A stretch of 64,000 bases of DNA, taken from assembly GCA_023389005.1 (NCBI GenBank), contig JAEWFE010000029.1:887-64886 (forward strand), read 5' to 3'. Made by a program: the position numbers and the translations under genes. The stretch comes from Bacillota bacterium. GTDB lineage: Bacteria > Bacillota > Bacilli > Lactobacillales > Enterococcaceae. Below the pieces are notes generated by a model. The model did not search any database and was not told the DNA's origin. It saw nothing but the letters and a program-made list of their open reading frames with translations. Numbering within the stretch: position 1 is the stretch's first letter; every line of letters begins with the position of its first letter. Below, piece after piece: positions 49,766 to 59,526 of the stretch.

Positions 49766-50143
49766 ATGATTACAGTAAGACAAAAGGGCGATTTCGCCAA
49801 CTTAACGAGATATTTCGAACGTGTAAAAAAGATTCGAAAGACTGATATTTTACACAAATACGGAAAATTAGGTGTGGCCGCCCTTTCGTCTGCTACTCCT
49901 ACTGAAAGCGGAAAAACAGCAAGTTCATGGAATTACGAAATAATTCAAAATGGATCTGGAGCACAGATTGTTTTTAGTAATTCCAATATTAATAAAGGTG
50001 TTAATATAGCAATTATTTTGCAATACGGTCATGGTACGGGTACTGGCGGATGGGTTGAAGGTAGAGATTACATCAATCCAGCTATACAGGGTGTTTTTGA
50101 GCAATTTGCTAGTGATATTTGGAAGGAGGTCACCAGACTATGA
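49766..50143 (+). CDS. HK97 gp10-like tail completion protein
   Basis: TPTESGKTASSW...LQYGHGT...GRDYINPA. Confidence 0.7.
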   Translation: MITVRQKGDFANLTRYFERVKKIRKTDILHKYGKLGVAALSSATPTESGKTASSWNYEIIQNGSGAQIVFSNSNINKGVNIAIILQYGHGTGTGGWVEGRDYINPAIQGVFEQFASDIWKEVTRL

Positions 50144-53100
50144 GTAAGTCCATAGATGAAAAAGTCGTTTCCATGAAAATGGACAGCGCCGATTTCGAAA
50201 AGAATGCCGAAAAAAGTATAGGAATTTTAAACAAACTTAAGCAATCATTATCGAGTTTTGGTTCAAAGAAATACATAGAAGGAATTGGTGACGAAGCTAA
50301 AAGAGTAGATTTTAGTCCGTTAGCTAACGGGGTAGATGTCGTAAAAGCTAAATTCTCAGCGTTACAAATAGCAGGAATGACCGCAATAGCCAATATCACA
50401 AATTCAGCAATTAACGCAGGAAAGAATATCGCATCCGCACTAACCATTGACCCGATTAAGACAGGTTTTCAAGAATATGAAACACAGATGAATGCTGTTC
50501 AAACGATTTTGGCAAATACTAAAAGTAAGGGAAGTACCCTTAACGATGTAAACAAAGCTTTAGGAGAATTAAACACTTACGCCGATAAAACCATCTATAA
50601 CTTTACGGAGATGACACGTAACATCGGTACATTTACAGCGGCGGGTGTAGACTTAGACAAATCAGTTACTTCAATTAAAGGGATTGCAAACTTGGCAGCT
50701 GTATCAGGTTCGACTTCTCAACAAGCTTCTACAGCCATGTATCAGCTATCACAGGCATTAGCTGCGGGTAAAGTTCAGTTGATGGACTGGAATTCAGTTG
50801 TAAATGCAGGTATGGGTGGTGAGGTATTTCAAAACGCCTTAAAACGTACTGCGAAGCAAATGGGAAAAGATGTAGACGGGCTTATAGAGAAATACGGTTC
50901 GTTCAGGGAATCTTTAACTAAAGGCGAATGGCTAACTTCCGACGTTTTAACTGAAACATTGACGCAACTGTCCGGTGCTTATACGGAAGCCGATTTACTT
51001 CAGAAAGGTTATACCAAAGAACAAGCAAAAGACATTTTAGATTTGGCAGATACCGCAGTTAAGGCAGCAACTAAGGTTAAGACGGTTACGCAGTTATGGG
51101 ATACCTTAAAAGAGGCAGCACAGTCTGGTTGGACACAAAGTTGGCAAATTATTATAGGTGACTTTGAAGAAGCAAAAGAGTTATTAAGTGGTATTTCTGA
51201 TACAGTAAGCGATTGGTTAAATAAACAATCTGAAGCACGAAATAATCTTTTACAAGGCTGGAAAGATTTAGGCGGAAGAACTGCCTTATTAGAGTCATTT
51301 AAAAATATTATTTCTGGAATAGGTTCTGTCATTAAGCCGATTTCTGAAGCATTTAGAGATATTTTTCCGCCAATGACTGCTAAAAGACTTTTTGAATTAA
51401 CAGATAAGTTTCGGGAATTCACTTCGAAATTAAAACTAAGTGACGATAATGCTAAAAAACTTAAAGAGACTTTTAAAGGTCTGTTTTCGATAGCGTCTAT
51501 TATCGGTCAAGGTCTTGGCGCAGTTTTCAAACCGATATTCAGTTGGTTTACTGGTAGTGCTGGCGGAAGTATCCTAAGTTCAATCCTGGATGTTACCTCG
51601 GCCATAGGTAGATTCTTTACGAAGTTGAACGAAAACATAAAAGCTGGTAATGGATTCAAAATGGTAAGCGATACCGTAACTAAAGGGTTATCAAAAGTGT
51701 CTGATATTTTTGGAAAACTCCGTGATAAATTAAAAGATAGCGATAAAATATTCAATACTATTGGAAACGGACTTTCTAAATTTGGTTCTGCTGTATCTAA
51801 AGTGTTTAGTAAGTTAAAAGAAGGCGGAAAAGATGCTTTCAAATGGATTAAGGAGAATGTCGGCTTAGGCGATATATTTGCAGGCTTGGCTGGCGCTGGT
51901 ATATTTTCACTTGCTAGAAAGTTTGGAAAAGTTTTAGACTCAATTAAAAAGCCTCTCGAATCACTAGCTGAATTATTAAAACGTGGAGACGAGGATAGCG
52001 GATTAACAAACTTTAAAGAAATATTAGGTTCAGTTAAAGACTCTTTAGAATCCTTCCAACAAGGGATAAAAGTAGCATCCATTGTAATGATTGCCGGAGC
52101 TATTGCTATTTTAGTTCACTCCATTAAAACCTTATCACAAATCGAACCTGATAAAATTGCTATTTCCTTAGGTACTATGGCCGCGCTTATGAAAATACTC
52201 ACTGCTGGATTTAAGAGCATGACGAAATCGTTATCTTCTTTTAAATCAAAAGGAGTATTAAAATCTGCAGTTGCGATGATGGCTATGGCAAAAGCTATAG
52301 ATATTTTAGCAAGTGCTATGAACAAGGTAAAAGATTTATCGTGGGAGCAAATAGCAAAAGGTCTGACATCTATAGGCGGTGCGATGTTTGCCCTAACAAA
52401 AGCAATGAAGGGGATAAATGGTAATAAAGTTAGTCTACGTTCCAGCGTGGCGATGCTAGCAATGGCTAAAACAGCTCAAATGCTTGGTACCACAATGAAA
52501 GATTTATCGACAATGTCCTGGGAACAAATAGGTAAAGGACTATCTGCTATGGGTGGCGCTTTATTAGAAATGTCACTAGTTATGCGAATTATGGGTAAAA
52601 TTAGTGGTGGTAAATCTTTAGCAGGAGCACTTTCTATCCTAATCGTTTCGAAATCGCTAGGAGACATTGCGAGCGGATTGAAAAAATTTGGCGATATGGA
52701 CTGGGACGAAATTGGTAGAGGTTTAGCCGGAATGGGTGGAGCATTGGCAGAAATTGGAACAGTTAATGCTGCTGTAGGTAAAATAGCTGGTATGTCTAGT
52801 ATGTTTGCCGCAGGTTCTATCTATATCGTAACTAGAGGCTTAGACGAAATTTCAGACAATTTAATCAAAATAGGTAACATGGATTGGGAAGATATTAAGA
52901 AAGGTTTAGCCGGAATGGGTGGTGCGCTATTAGAAATAGGCGCTATTAACGCTGCAGTCGGCAAAATAGCCGGTATGTCTAGTTTATTTGCTGCCGGTTC
53001 TATTCGAATTGTTACCGATGGATTGGACGAAATTTCTGAAAATCTAATTAATATTGGAAATATGGAATGGGAGTCCATCAAACGTGGTTTAACTGGAATG

Positions 53101-55863
53101 GGTGGCGCTTTAGCAGAAATTGCAATTGCTACTGGTGCTCTTGGTAAGATAGCAGGTTTATCTAGTATGTTTGCCGCAGGCTCTATTTATATCGTAACCA
53201 ACGGCCTAGACGAAATTTCAGATAACCTTCAGAAAATAGGAGCTATGACATGGGCGTCTATCAAACGTGGTTTAACAGGGATGGGTGGCGCTCTAGCCGA
53301 GATAGCGTTGATGAGTGGTGCACTTGGTTCTATTGCTCCAGTAGGCAGTCTATTAGGCGGAGGGGCAATATTGTTAACCGTCCAAGGATTAGGAGATATT
53401 GCCGATGCACTTAAAAAGTTTGGCGACATGTCTTGGGACGAAATTGCCAGAGGACTAGTGGCTATGGGTGGCGCTTTAGGTGAGACAGGACTAGCAGCTG
53501 CTTTAACGGGACTATCTGGACTCTCTGGTCTATTAGGTGGTGGTTCTATAGTGTTAACTGTTCAAGGTTTAGGAGATTTAGCAACTGCACTTCAAAAATT
53601 CGGTGAAATGGAATGGGATGAAATAGGCAGAGGCTTATCTGCTATGGCCGGTGCACTTGGAGAAACTGCTTTAGGTGGGTTACTAAATTCATTATCTGGT
53701 TTGGGTGCCATCAGTATTGGTTTAATTGCAGAACCTTTGGGAACACTAGCCGAATCGATGAAGAAATGGAAAGGTGTAGAAGTACCTCCGACATTAGGTC
53801 TTTCACTAATACCATTGGCAGCAGGAATCACAGCATTTACTACTGCAATTGTTGGGGCAGTATCTGTTTCTTTAGTAGCAGAACCATTAGGTATTTTAGC
53901 AGATAGTGTTAAAAAGTTAAAAAATATGGAAGTGCCTTCTGATTTAAAAGATAGGCTGGATCCATTAAAAGATGCCATCACTTCATTCACAACAGCTATT
54001 GTCGGAGCAATTACTATCGAGAAACTTGGGAAACCATTAGGTGTCTTAGCCGATAGTCTAGCGAAGTTGAATAAAGTTCCAATTACTGGTCAATTAACAA
54101 AAGGGCTTGAAAGTTTAGCTAAAGCTATAGGGAAGTTCAAAGGTTTATTTACCACAGGTTTCACGATTGGAAATTTAACCAAACCTCTTAGTCAATTAGC
54201 TTCTTCGCTAACTGATTGGAATGGTGTAAGTATCCCACAAAGTTTAGGTAAAGGATTAGAATCGCTTGCTGATGGCGTCAAAGCTTTTGGTGGTAAATTC
54301 TGGGAAGGCTGGGCTTTAGGTTCCGTGGTTGAACCTTTAGGTAAACTAGCTGACGCAACTTCAAAATGGAATGGCGTTACATTACCAGCCGGAATTGGCA
54401 CCTCTCTTATGTCTATGGCTGATGGTATTAAAGAATTTCAAGGAATTGAACTAGATAATTTCGCATCAGACACTATATCAACTGCGCTGACCAATATTCG
54501 AACAACTGTTGATACACTTACAAAGTTGACCAATTTCAATCCAGAAACATTAAATAATCTAGTTACGGGTATGAATTCGATTGGACAAATGTCCTTAAAT
54601 GGATTAACTGAGTCGATAAATAATGGCGTAGCTCAAATCGGTCCAGCTATTCAAACGATGATGTCTACAATCATTAACACATTACAAACTGCAATCCCGT
54701 CAGTAGTCCCTCCTTCAAAAGCGATAGGAACCGCGATAGCTGCTAATATCAAAGTTGGTTTAGACGAGGCACAAGGGGATATTCAAACTTCAGTATCCGG
54801 AATAACCACAAAAATTACTGAGTCAATTAATAGTAAAGTTACAGATTTTGGCATTGCAGGGGTATCTATCAGTACCGCAATTGCAACTGGGATGAAAACC
54901 GGATTAGATCCATTACCTACGATTGTCTCCGATGTGGTGCAAAAAGCTGTTAATGCAGTATCTGGAACAAATGCCGATTTCGGTCCAATTGGAATCAAAA
55001 TGGCAGAAAGCCTTGCGAATGGAATCGGAACTGGCGGGGGGACTGTTAGAGGAAAAATAGATGGTATCATGAATGCTTGTGTTCAAGCTGCAGAATCTAA
55101 ACTTAGTTCGTTTTCTAAAGCCGGTTCCACGATGATGGATAAGTTATCTTCGGGTATCACTTCAAAAGCTAGCGGGGTTAAATCAGCTGTTAAAGAGATT
55201 GTTGACGGAGCAGTAAGTGTCGCTAAAAATTGTTATAGCGATTTCTCTAGTGCAGGTGGATATGCCGCGCAAGGTTTTGCTGACGGAATTGCTAGTAAAG
55301 CTCAAGCGGCGGCTCAGGAAGCAGCCAAAATGGTAACCAATGCGATAAATGCAGCCAAAAAAGCAGCAGATATTCATTCTCCTTCTCGTAAATTTAGAGC
55401 ATTAGGTGAATTCTCTGGAGAAGGTTATGTTATTGGGATTGATAGTTATCAGGATAAAGCGTATCAATCTGGTAAAGATATGGCCAATGCTAGTATGAAT
55501 GGACTACGTAAGTCGATTAATAATATCACCGATTACGTATCTGATAACATTGATGTACGCCCAGTGATTAGTCCCGTTCTAGATTTAAGTCAATTATCCA
55601 AACAATCAAAAGGGGTTGGAAGAATTCTAGACCTAAATCCTTCTTTAAGTGCATCTAGTTTAAGTAGAACTACGAGATTTGGAAGAAGTTATGGAAACCC
55701 AAACTCTGACATCGTCTCTGCGCTTAAAGATTTAAAACAAAGTGTCGTGAATAATGCTGGAAATACCTATGTGATTGACGGCATCACTTATGACGATGGT
55801 TCAAATGTGTCAAACGCTGTTCAAGCATTAATTAGACATACAAGAATAGAAGGGAGAGTGTAA
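50140..55863 (+). CDS. Tape measure protein
   Basis: ~1900 aa; tape-measure domain (QLSQALAAGKVQLMDWNS), W-x-x-I-x-R-G-L-x-x-M-G-G-A-L repeats, IHSPSR. Confidence 0.93.
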   Translation: MSKSIDEKVVSMKMDSADFEKNAEKSIGILNKLKQSLSSFGSKKYIEGIGDEAKRVDFSPLANGVDVVKAKFSALQIAGMTAIANITNSAINAGKNIASALTIDPIKTGFQEYETQMNAVQTILANTKSKGSTLNDVNKALGELNTYADKTIYNFTEMTRNIGTFTAAGVDLDKSVTSIKGIANLAAVSGSTSQQASTAMYQLSQALAAGKVQLMDWNSVVNAGMGGEVFQNALKRTAKQMGKDVDGLIEKYGSFRESLTKGEWLTSDVLTETLTQLSGAYTEADLLQKGYTKEQAKDILDLADTAVKAATKVKTVTQLWDTLKEAAQSGWTQSWQIIIGDFEEAKELLSGISDTVSDWLNKQSEARNNLLQGWKDLGGRTALLESFKNIISGIGSVIKPISEAFRDIFPPMTAKRLFELTDKFREFTSKLKLSDDNAKKLKETFKGLFSIASIIGQGLGAVFKPIFSWFTGSAGGSILSSILDVTSAIGRFFTKLNENIKAGNGFKMVSDTVTKGLSKVSDIFGKLRDKLKDSDKIFNTIGNGLSKFGSAVSKVFSKLKEGGKDAFKWIKENVGLGDIFAGLAGAGIFSLARKFGKVLDSIKKPLESLAELLKRGDEDSGLTNFKEILGSVKDSLESFQQGIKVASIVMIAGAIAILVHSIKTLSQIEPDKIAISLGTMAALMKILTAGFKSMTKSLSSFKSKGVLKSAVAMMAMAKAIDILASAMNKVKDLSWEQIAKGLTSIGGAMFALTKAMKGINGNKVSLRSSVAMLAMAKTAQMLGTTMKDLSTMSWEQIGKGLSAMGGALLEMSLVMRIMGKISGGKSLAGALSILIVSKSLGDIASGLKKFGDMDWDEIGRGLAGMGGALAEIGTVNAAVGKIAGMSSMFAAGSIYIVTRGLDEISDNLIKIGNMDWEDIKKGLAGMGGALLEIGAINAAVGKIAGMSSLFAAGSIRIVTDGLDEISENLINIGNMEWESIKRGLTGMGGALAEIAIATGALGKIAGLSSMFAAGSIYIVTNGLDEISDNLQKIGAMTWASIKRGLTGMGGALAEIALMSGALGSIAPVGSLLGGGAILLTVQGLGDIADALKKFGDMSWDEIARGLVAMGGALGETGLAAALTGLSGLSGLLGGGSIVLTVQGLGDLATALQKFGEMEWDEIGRGLSAMAGALGETALGGLLNSLSGLGAISIGLIAEPLGTLAESMKKWKGVEVPPTLGLSLIPLAAGITAFTTAIVGAVSVSLVAEPLGILADSVKKLKNMEVPSDLKDRLDPLKDAITSFTTAIVGAITIEKLGKPLGVLADSLAKLNKVPITGQLTKGLESLAKAIGKFKGLFTTGFTIGNLTKPLSQLASSLTDWNGVSIPQSLGKGLESLADGVKAFGGKFWEGWALGSVVEPLGKLADATSKWNGVTLPAGIGTSLMSMADGIKEFQGIELDNFASDTISTALTNIRTTVDTLTKLTNFNPETLNNLVTGMNSIGQMSLNGLTESINNGVAQIGPAIQTMMSTIINTLQTAIPSVVPPSKAIGTAIAANIKVGLDEAQGDIQTSVSGITTKITESINSKVTDFGIAGVSISTAIATGMKTGLDPLPTIVSDVVQKAVNAVSGTNADFGPIGIKMAESLANGIGTGGGTVRGKIDGIMNACVQAAESKLSSFSKAGSTMMDKLSSGITSKASGVKSAVKEIVDGAVSVAKNCYSDFSSAGGYAAQGFADGIASKAQAAAQEAAKMVTNAINAAKKAADIHSPSRKFRALGEFSGEGYVIGIDSYQDKAYQSGKDMANASMNGLRKSINNITDYVSDNIDVRPVISPVLDLSQLSKQSKGVGRILDLNPSLSASSLSRTTRFGRSYGNPNSDIVSALKDLKQSVVNNAGNTYVIDGITYDDGSNVSNAVQALIRHTRIEGRV

Positions 55864-55865
55864 GG

Positions 55866-58460
55866 ATGGCTCGTGTTGTACAAATTGAACGTATGGGAAT
55901 TCAAAATGGAGGCTCGGACCAGTTCTATGTCGTGTGGAAATTCGCTACGACAGCCTCAGCGCCTAAACCTACCGCTCAATCTTCTACGATTAAGGTCGGT
56001 AGTTATGTAAGTGTGAAGCAAGGTTCTCGTTGGTACAACGGTGTTGGTATTGCGTCATTTGTATTTGGTAAAAAATGGCAAGTGATTGAAAAAATAGGTA
56101 ATCGTGTGGTGTTGGGGCGTTCAGAAGACGGCCGACAAAACATCATGAGTCCGATTCATATTTCAAACTTAGTAGGAGGTGGAGGGGGTTCTACCTCTTC
56201 CTCATCCTCTGGGGAATCTGGCGGTTATGAAACAGTCGACCACTATGAATTGAAATGGTGGTATGACTCTGGTAATGGCGATTGGTTCGAAAATGGAACA
56301 GAAACCACTACGCATTTAGCAGCAGTCCACACAATTCCAAAAAATGCTACAAGAATGCGATTTTGTATCACACCAGTAGCTAAGACATATCGAAAAAAAG
56401 TAGGAAATTCCGAACAAGATGTTCCTTATTGGCAAGGCGCACCTACTTATAAAGATTATAATGTTTTAGAAAGTAAACCTGATGCGTTACAAGCACCGAC
56501 CGTTGTGATTGACAAATACAAACTAACAGCTTCTTACTACAATATCTCTGACCCTAAAACAGATAAGATTGAGTTTGAAGTTTATAAAACAGGAATGACT
56601 GATTACCAACATACGAATCGTTGTGCTGTAGGCGAAGTATCGGTCGTTCAAGCCAGAGCAGAATATATCACGAATATCGAACCGGGGTATAAATATTCCG
56701 TTCGTGCTCGAGCAGTAAATCTTGTTGGTAGCGGGAAAAATAGAGGCGAGTGGTCTCCTTTTTCTAGTGAATCCAATACAATGCCTGCCAGTGTGACAGG
56801 GGTTCGAGTGGATGTACAGTCTAGTACTTCCGTGAAAGTCAGTTGGAACGAAGTAAGTACGGCAGATGACTATGTGGTTGAATATGCTACGGATAAGAAT
56901 TATTTCGATAGTTCTTCGCAAGTAAGTTCAATGACTGTAAAAAGTACACACGCATATGTGACAGGGTTGGAAAAAGGAAAGACCTGGTATTTCCGAGTAG
57001 CCGCTAAGAATGAAAAAGGACAATCTGCCTTCAGTGATATTGTTTATAAGATTATTGGTACTAAACCAAATCCACCTACCACATGGTCATTGACTGCTAC
57101 AGCGGTTGTTGGAGAACCGGTTATTTTGTATTGGACACATAATACAGAAGATGGCTCCAAACAGACTGAGGCGCAAGTTGAACTCGTCGTGAATGGTTCG
57201 GCAGATATTATTACAGTAAATTCCGAAGCCGATGCGAATAATGAATTTACCGATGTGAACAAAATATATTCCTATAAAGTGAAAGACGCATTACTTCGAG
57301 ATGGGGCTGAGATTCAATGGCGGGTTCGTACGCGCGGAATTACTTTCGAATACAGCGAATGGTCTATGAGACGAACAATTAATGTCTATGCCCCACCAAC
57401 TTTACAGATGGTTGCTGGTGACGGTGCGAATGTATTACGTCATTTTCCTTATGATATTCGACTAAATGCTGGTCCAAACAGTCAAAAGGCACTTAGTTGG
57501 AATCTGTCTATTGTATCTGATTCAGAGTACGACACTTTAAATCAAAATGGAGAGAAAGTGCATGTTTCTGTTGGCACTGAGATATTTTCGAAGGTGATTC
57601 CGGCAACAAGTAATAGCTTTACTTACGAGTTGATGCCCTATGATATTATTTTAGAAAATGGACAGTCGTATATTTTAAATGCCACCGTATCGATGAACTC
57701 TGGTTTGATTGCAAATTCAGACCATATGTTTTTAGTTTCGTGGGATGTGAGCACATATGATACGGATGCTAGTGTATCTATTGACAAGAAATTACTATGT
57801 GCGTATATTACCCCACACGCCTATGATAAAGAAGGAAATATGCCAGAAGATGCAGTTCTGTCTGTCTATCGTAGAGAACCCGATGGAACTTTTACTGAAA
57901 TTGCTACCGGCGTGTCAAATAATGGATATTCTTCTGTTACAGACCCACACCCATCTTTGGATTATGCTCGATATCGTATTGTAGCAAGAAATAAATCTAC
58001 AGGTGTAGTGAGTTTCTCAGATTTACCAGGGATTTTAGTGGATGAAAAGTCAATTATTATTCAGTGGGAAGAAGATTGGTCTCAGTTTGATTATCCATTT
58101 GGAGAAGAAGTGATTGCTCCGCCATGGCAAGGTTCCATGTTGAAATTGTTAGGTAATGTAGATACAACGGAGAACTACGACATGGATACATCATTAGTCG
58201 AGTATATCGGTAGAAAGAATCCAGTAAGTTACTATGGTACACAACGTGGCGTTTCGGCAAGTTGGTCAACGGATATTCCTAAAGACGATAAAGAGACATT
58301 ATATACTTTACGTCGATTGGCAGACTGGAATGGAAACGTCTATGTGCGTGAACCTAATGGAACAGGATATTTGGCAAATGTGAAAGTAAGCTGGAGTATC
58401 AAACATAGAGATGTATTGATTCCGGTGAATATTGAAGTGAAGAAAGTAGAGGTGGAGTAA
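55866..58460 (+). CDS. Minor tail protein with SH3-like and fibronectin type III domains
   Basis: KVGSYVSVK...WQVIEKIGNRVVLG; FN3 patterns VKVSWNEV...YVVEY...GLEKGKTWYFRVAAKN. Confidence 0.75.
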   Translation: MARVVQIERMGIQNGGSDQFYVVWKFATTASAPKPTAQSSTIKVGSYVSVKQGSRWYNGVGIASFVFGKKWQVIEKIGNRVVLGRSEDGRQNIMSPIHISNLVGGGGGSTSSSSSGESGGYETVDHYELKWWYDSGNGDWFENGTETTTHLAAVHTIPKNATRMRFCITPVAKTYRKKVGNSEQDVPYWQGAPTYKDYNVLESKPDALQAPTVVIDKYKLTASYYNISDPKTDKIEFEVYKTGMTDYQHTNRCAVGEVSVVQARAEYITNIEPGYKYSVRARAVNLVGSGKNRGEWSPFSSESNTMPASVTGVRVDVQSSTSVKVSWNEVSTADDYVVEYATDKNYFDSSSQVSSMTVKSTHAYVTGLEKGKTWYFRVAAKNEKGQSAFSDIVYKIIGTKPNPPTTWSLTATAVVGEPVILYWTHNTEDGSKQTEAQVELVVNGSADIITVNSEADANNEFTDVNKIYSYKVKDALLRDGAEIQWRVRTRGITFEYSEWSMRRTINVYAPPTLQMVAGDGANVLRHFPYDIRLNAGPNSQKALSWNLSIVSDSEYDTLNQNGEKVHVSVGTEIFSKVIPATSNSFTYELMPYDIILENGQSYILNATVSMNSGLIANSDHMFLVSWDVSTYDTDASVSIDKKLLCAYITPHAYDKEGNMPEDAVLSVYRREPDGTFTEIATGVSNNGYSSVTDPHPSLDYARYRIVARNKSTGVVSFSDLPGILVDEKSIIIQWEEDWSQFDYPFGEEVIAPPWQGSMLKLLGNVDTTENYDMDTSLVEYIGRKNPVSYYGTQRGVSASWSTDIPKDDKETLYTLRRLADWNGNVYVREPNGTGYLANVKVSWSIKHRDVLIPVNIEVKKVEVE

Positions 58461-59519
58461 TTGATTGACTGGACAAAGAGCATGGTACAATCATATGAGT
58501 TTTATATTGTGGATCCTTTTACTTGGAAAGACAAAGAACGCGTATATACGATTGAATCGTGCACCATCAACCGTGACGAGACGAATGGAACACTTGGTAG
58601 TGCGACTATCAATGGTTCGAATGTCTTAGACGAATGTTACTTACGCATCTATTTGGTTGTCATTCAAAATGGAGTAACTGAGAAGATTGCACTAGGTACC
58701 TATATGATACAATCGCCTTCCACTTCATTTGACGGAAAGAAATATACCATTTCTATGGATGCTTACACGCCATTAATCGAATTGAAAGAGGATTATCCTT
58801 CTATTGGATATTCTCTAATGAAACAACAACCAATCATGCAAATAGCTTCGAGTCTATGTAGGGAAAATATGCGTGCGCCAGTGATTGAGACAACTTCGAA
58901 TGATAAATTATACGAAGATTTTGTAGCTAACCCAGATGATTCATGGTTGACGTTTATTAGCGATTTAATAGCCAATGCGAAATATAAGTTTGCATTAGAC
59001 CCTTATGGAAGAGTTGGATTTGAACCGATTACGGATGTTGCTTCACTCCAACATGTTTGGCAATATAATGACGATAATAGTTCGATATTACTACCAAGTT
59101 TAAAAGATGACCGAGACCTCTATGGCGTACCTAACGTTGTAGAGGTTATTTATTCTACAAATACGCATAAGATGTTTTCACGAATTGTCAATGACGATAT
59201 TAACAGCCCAATTTCTACAGTAAATCGTGGAAGAGAAATCGTGCATCGGGAGACGAATCCAAACATCAAAGGCTCTCCAACACAGGAATATTTGGATATT
59301 TACGCAACACAATTATTGAGAAACTTATCTAGTTTAGAACATAAAATTACGTATTCGCATGGATATTGTCCTGTACGTGTAGGTGATTGCGTATTGTTAA
59401 ATTATCGAAGAGCAGGGTTACGGGACGTTAAAGCAAAAGTTATTTCTCAATCCATTCAATGCGGTACAGGTTGTACGGTAGAAGAGACCGCTGTTTATAC
59501 GACCAATTTATGGAGGTGA
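58461..59519 (+). CDS. Minor tail/baseplate hub protein
   Basis: Position after the FN3 tail protein; TTG start with GAGGTGG RBS. Confidence 0.7.
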   Translation: MIDWTKSMVQSYEFYIVDPFTWKDKERVYTIESCTINRDETNGTLGSATINGSNVLDECYLRIYLVVIQNGVTEKIALGTYMIQSPSTSFDGKKYTISMDAYTPLIELKEDYPSIGYSLMKQQPIMQIASSLCRENMRAPVIETTSNDKLYEDFVANPDDSWLTFISDLIANAKYKFALDPYGRVGFEPITDVASLQHVWQYNDDNSSILLPSLKDDRDLYGVPNVVEVIYSTNTHKMFSRIVNDDINSPISTVNRGREIVHRETNPNIKGSPTQEYLDIYATQLLRNLSSLEHKITYSHGYCPVRVGDCVLLNYRRAGLRDVKAKVISQSIQCGTGCTVEETAVYTTNLWR

Positions 59520-59526
59520 TTTCAAA

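Noticed and set aside
50130..55377. Numerous minus-strand ORFs within the tape measure gene (similar ones occur in dnaK, the replicase and terL)
   Set aside because: Antisense shadows of long genes, with no RBS or recognisable motifs
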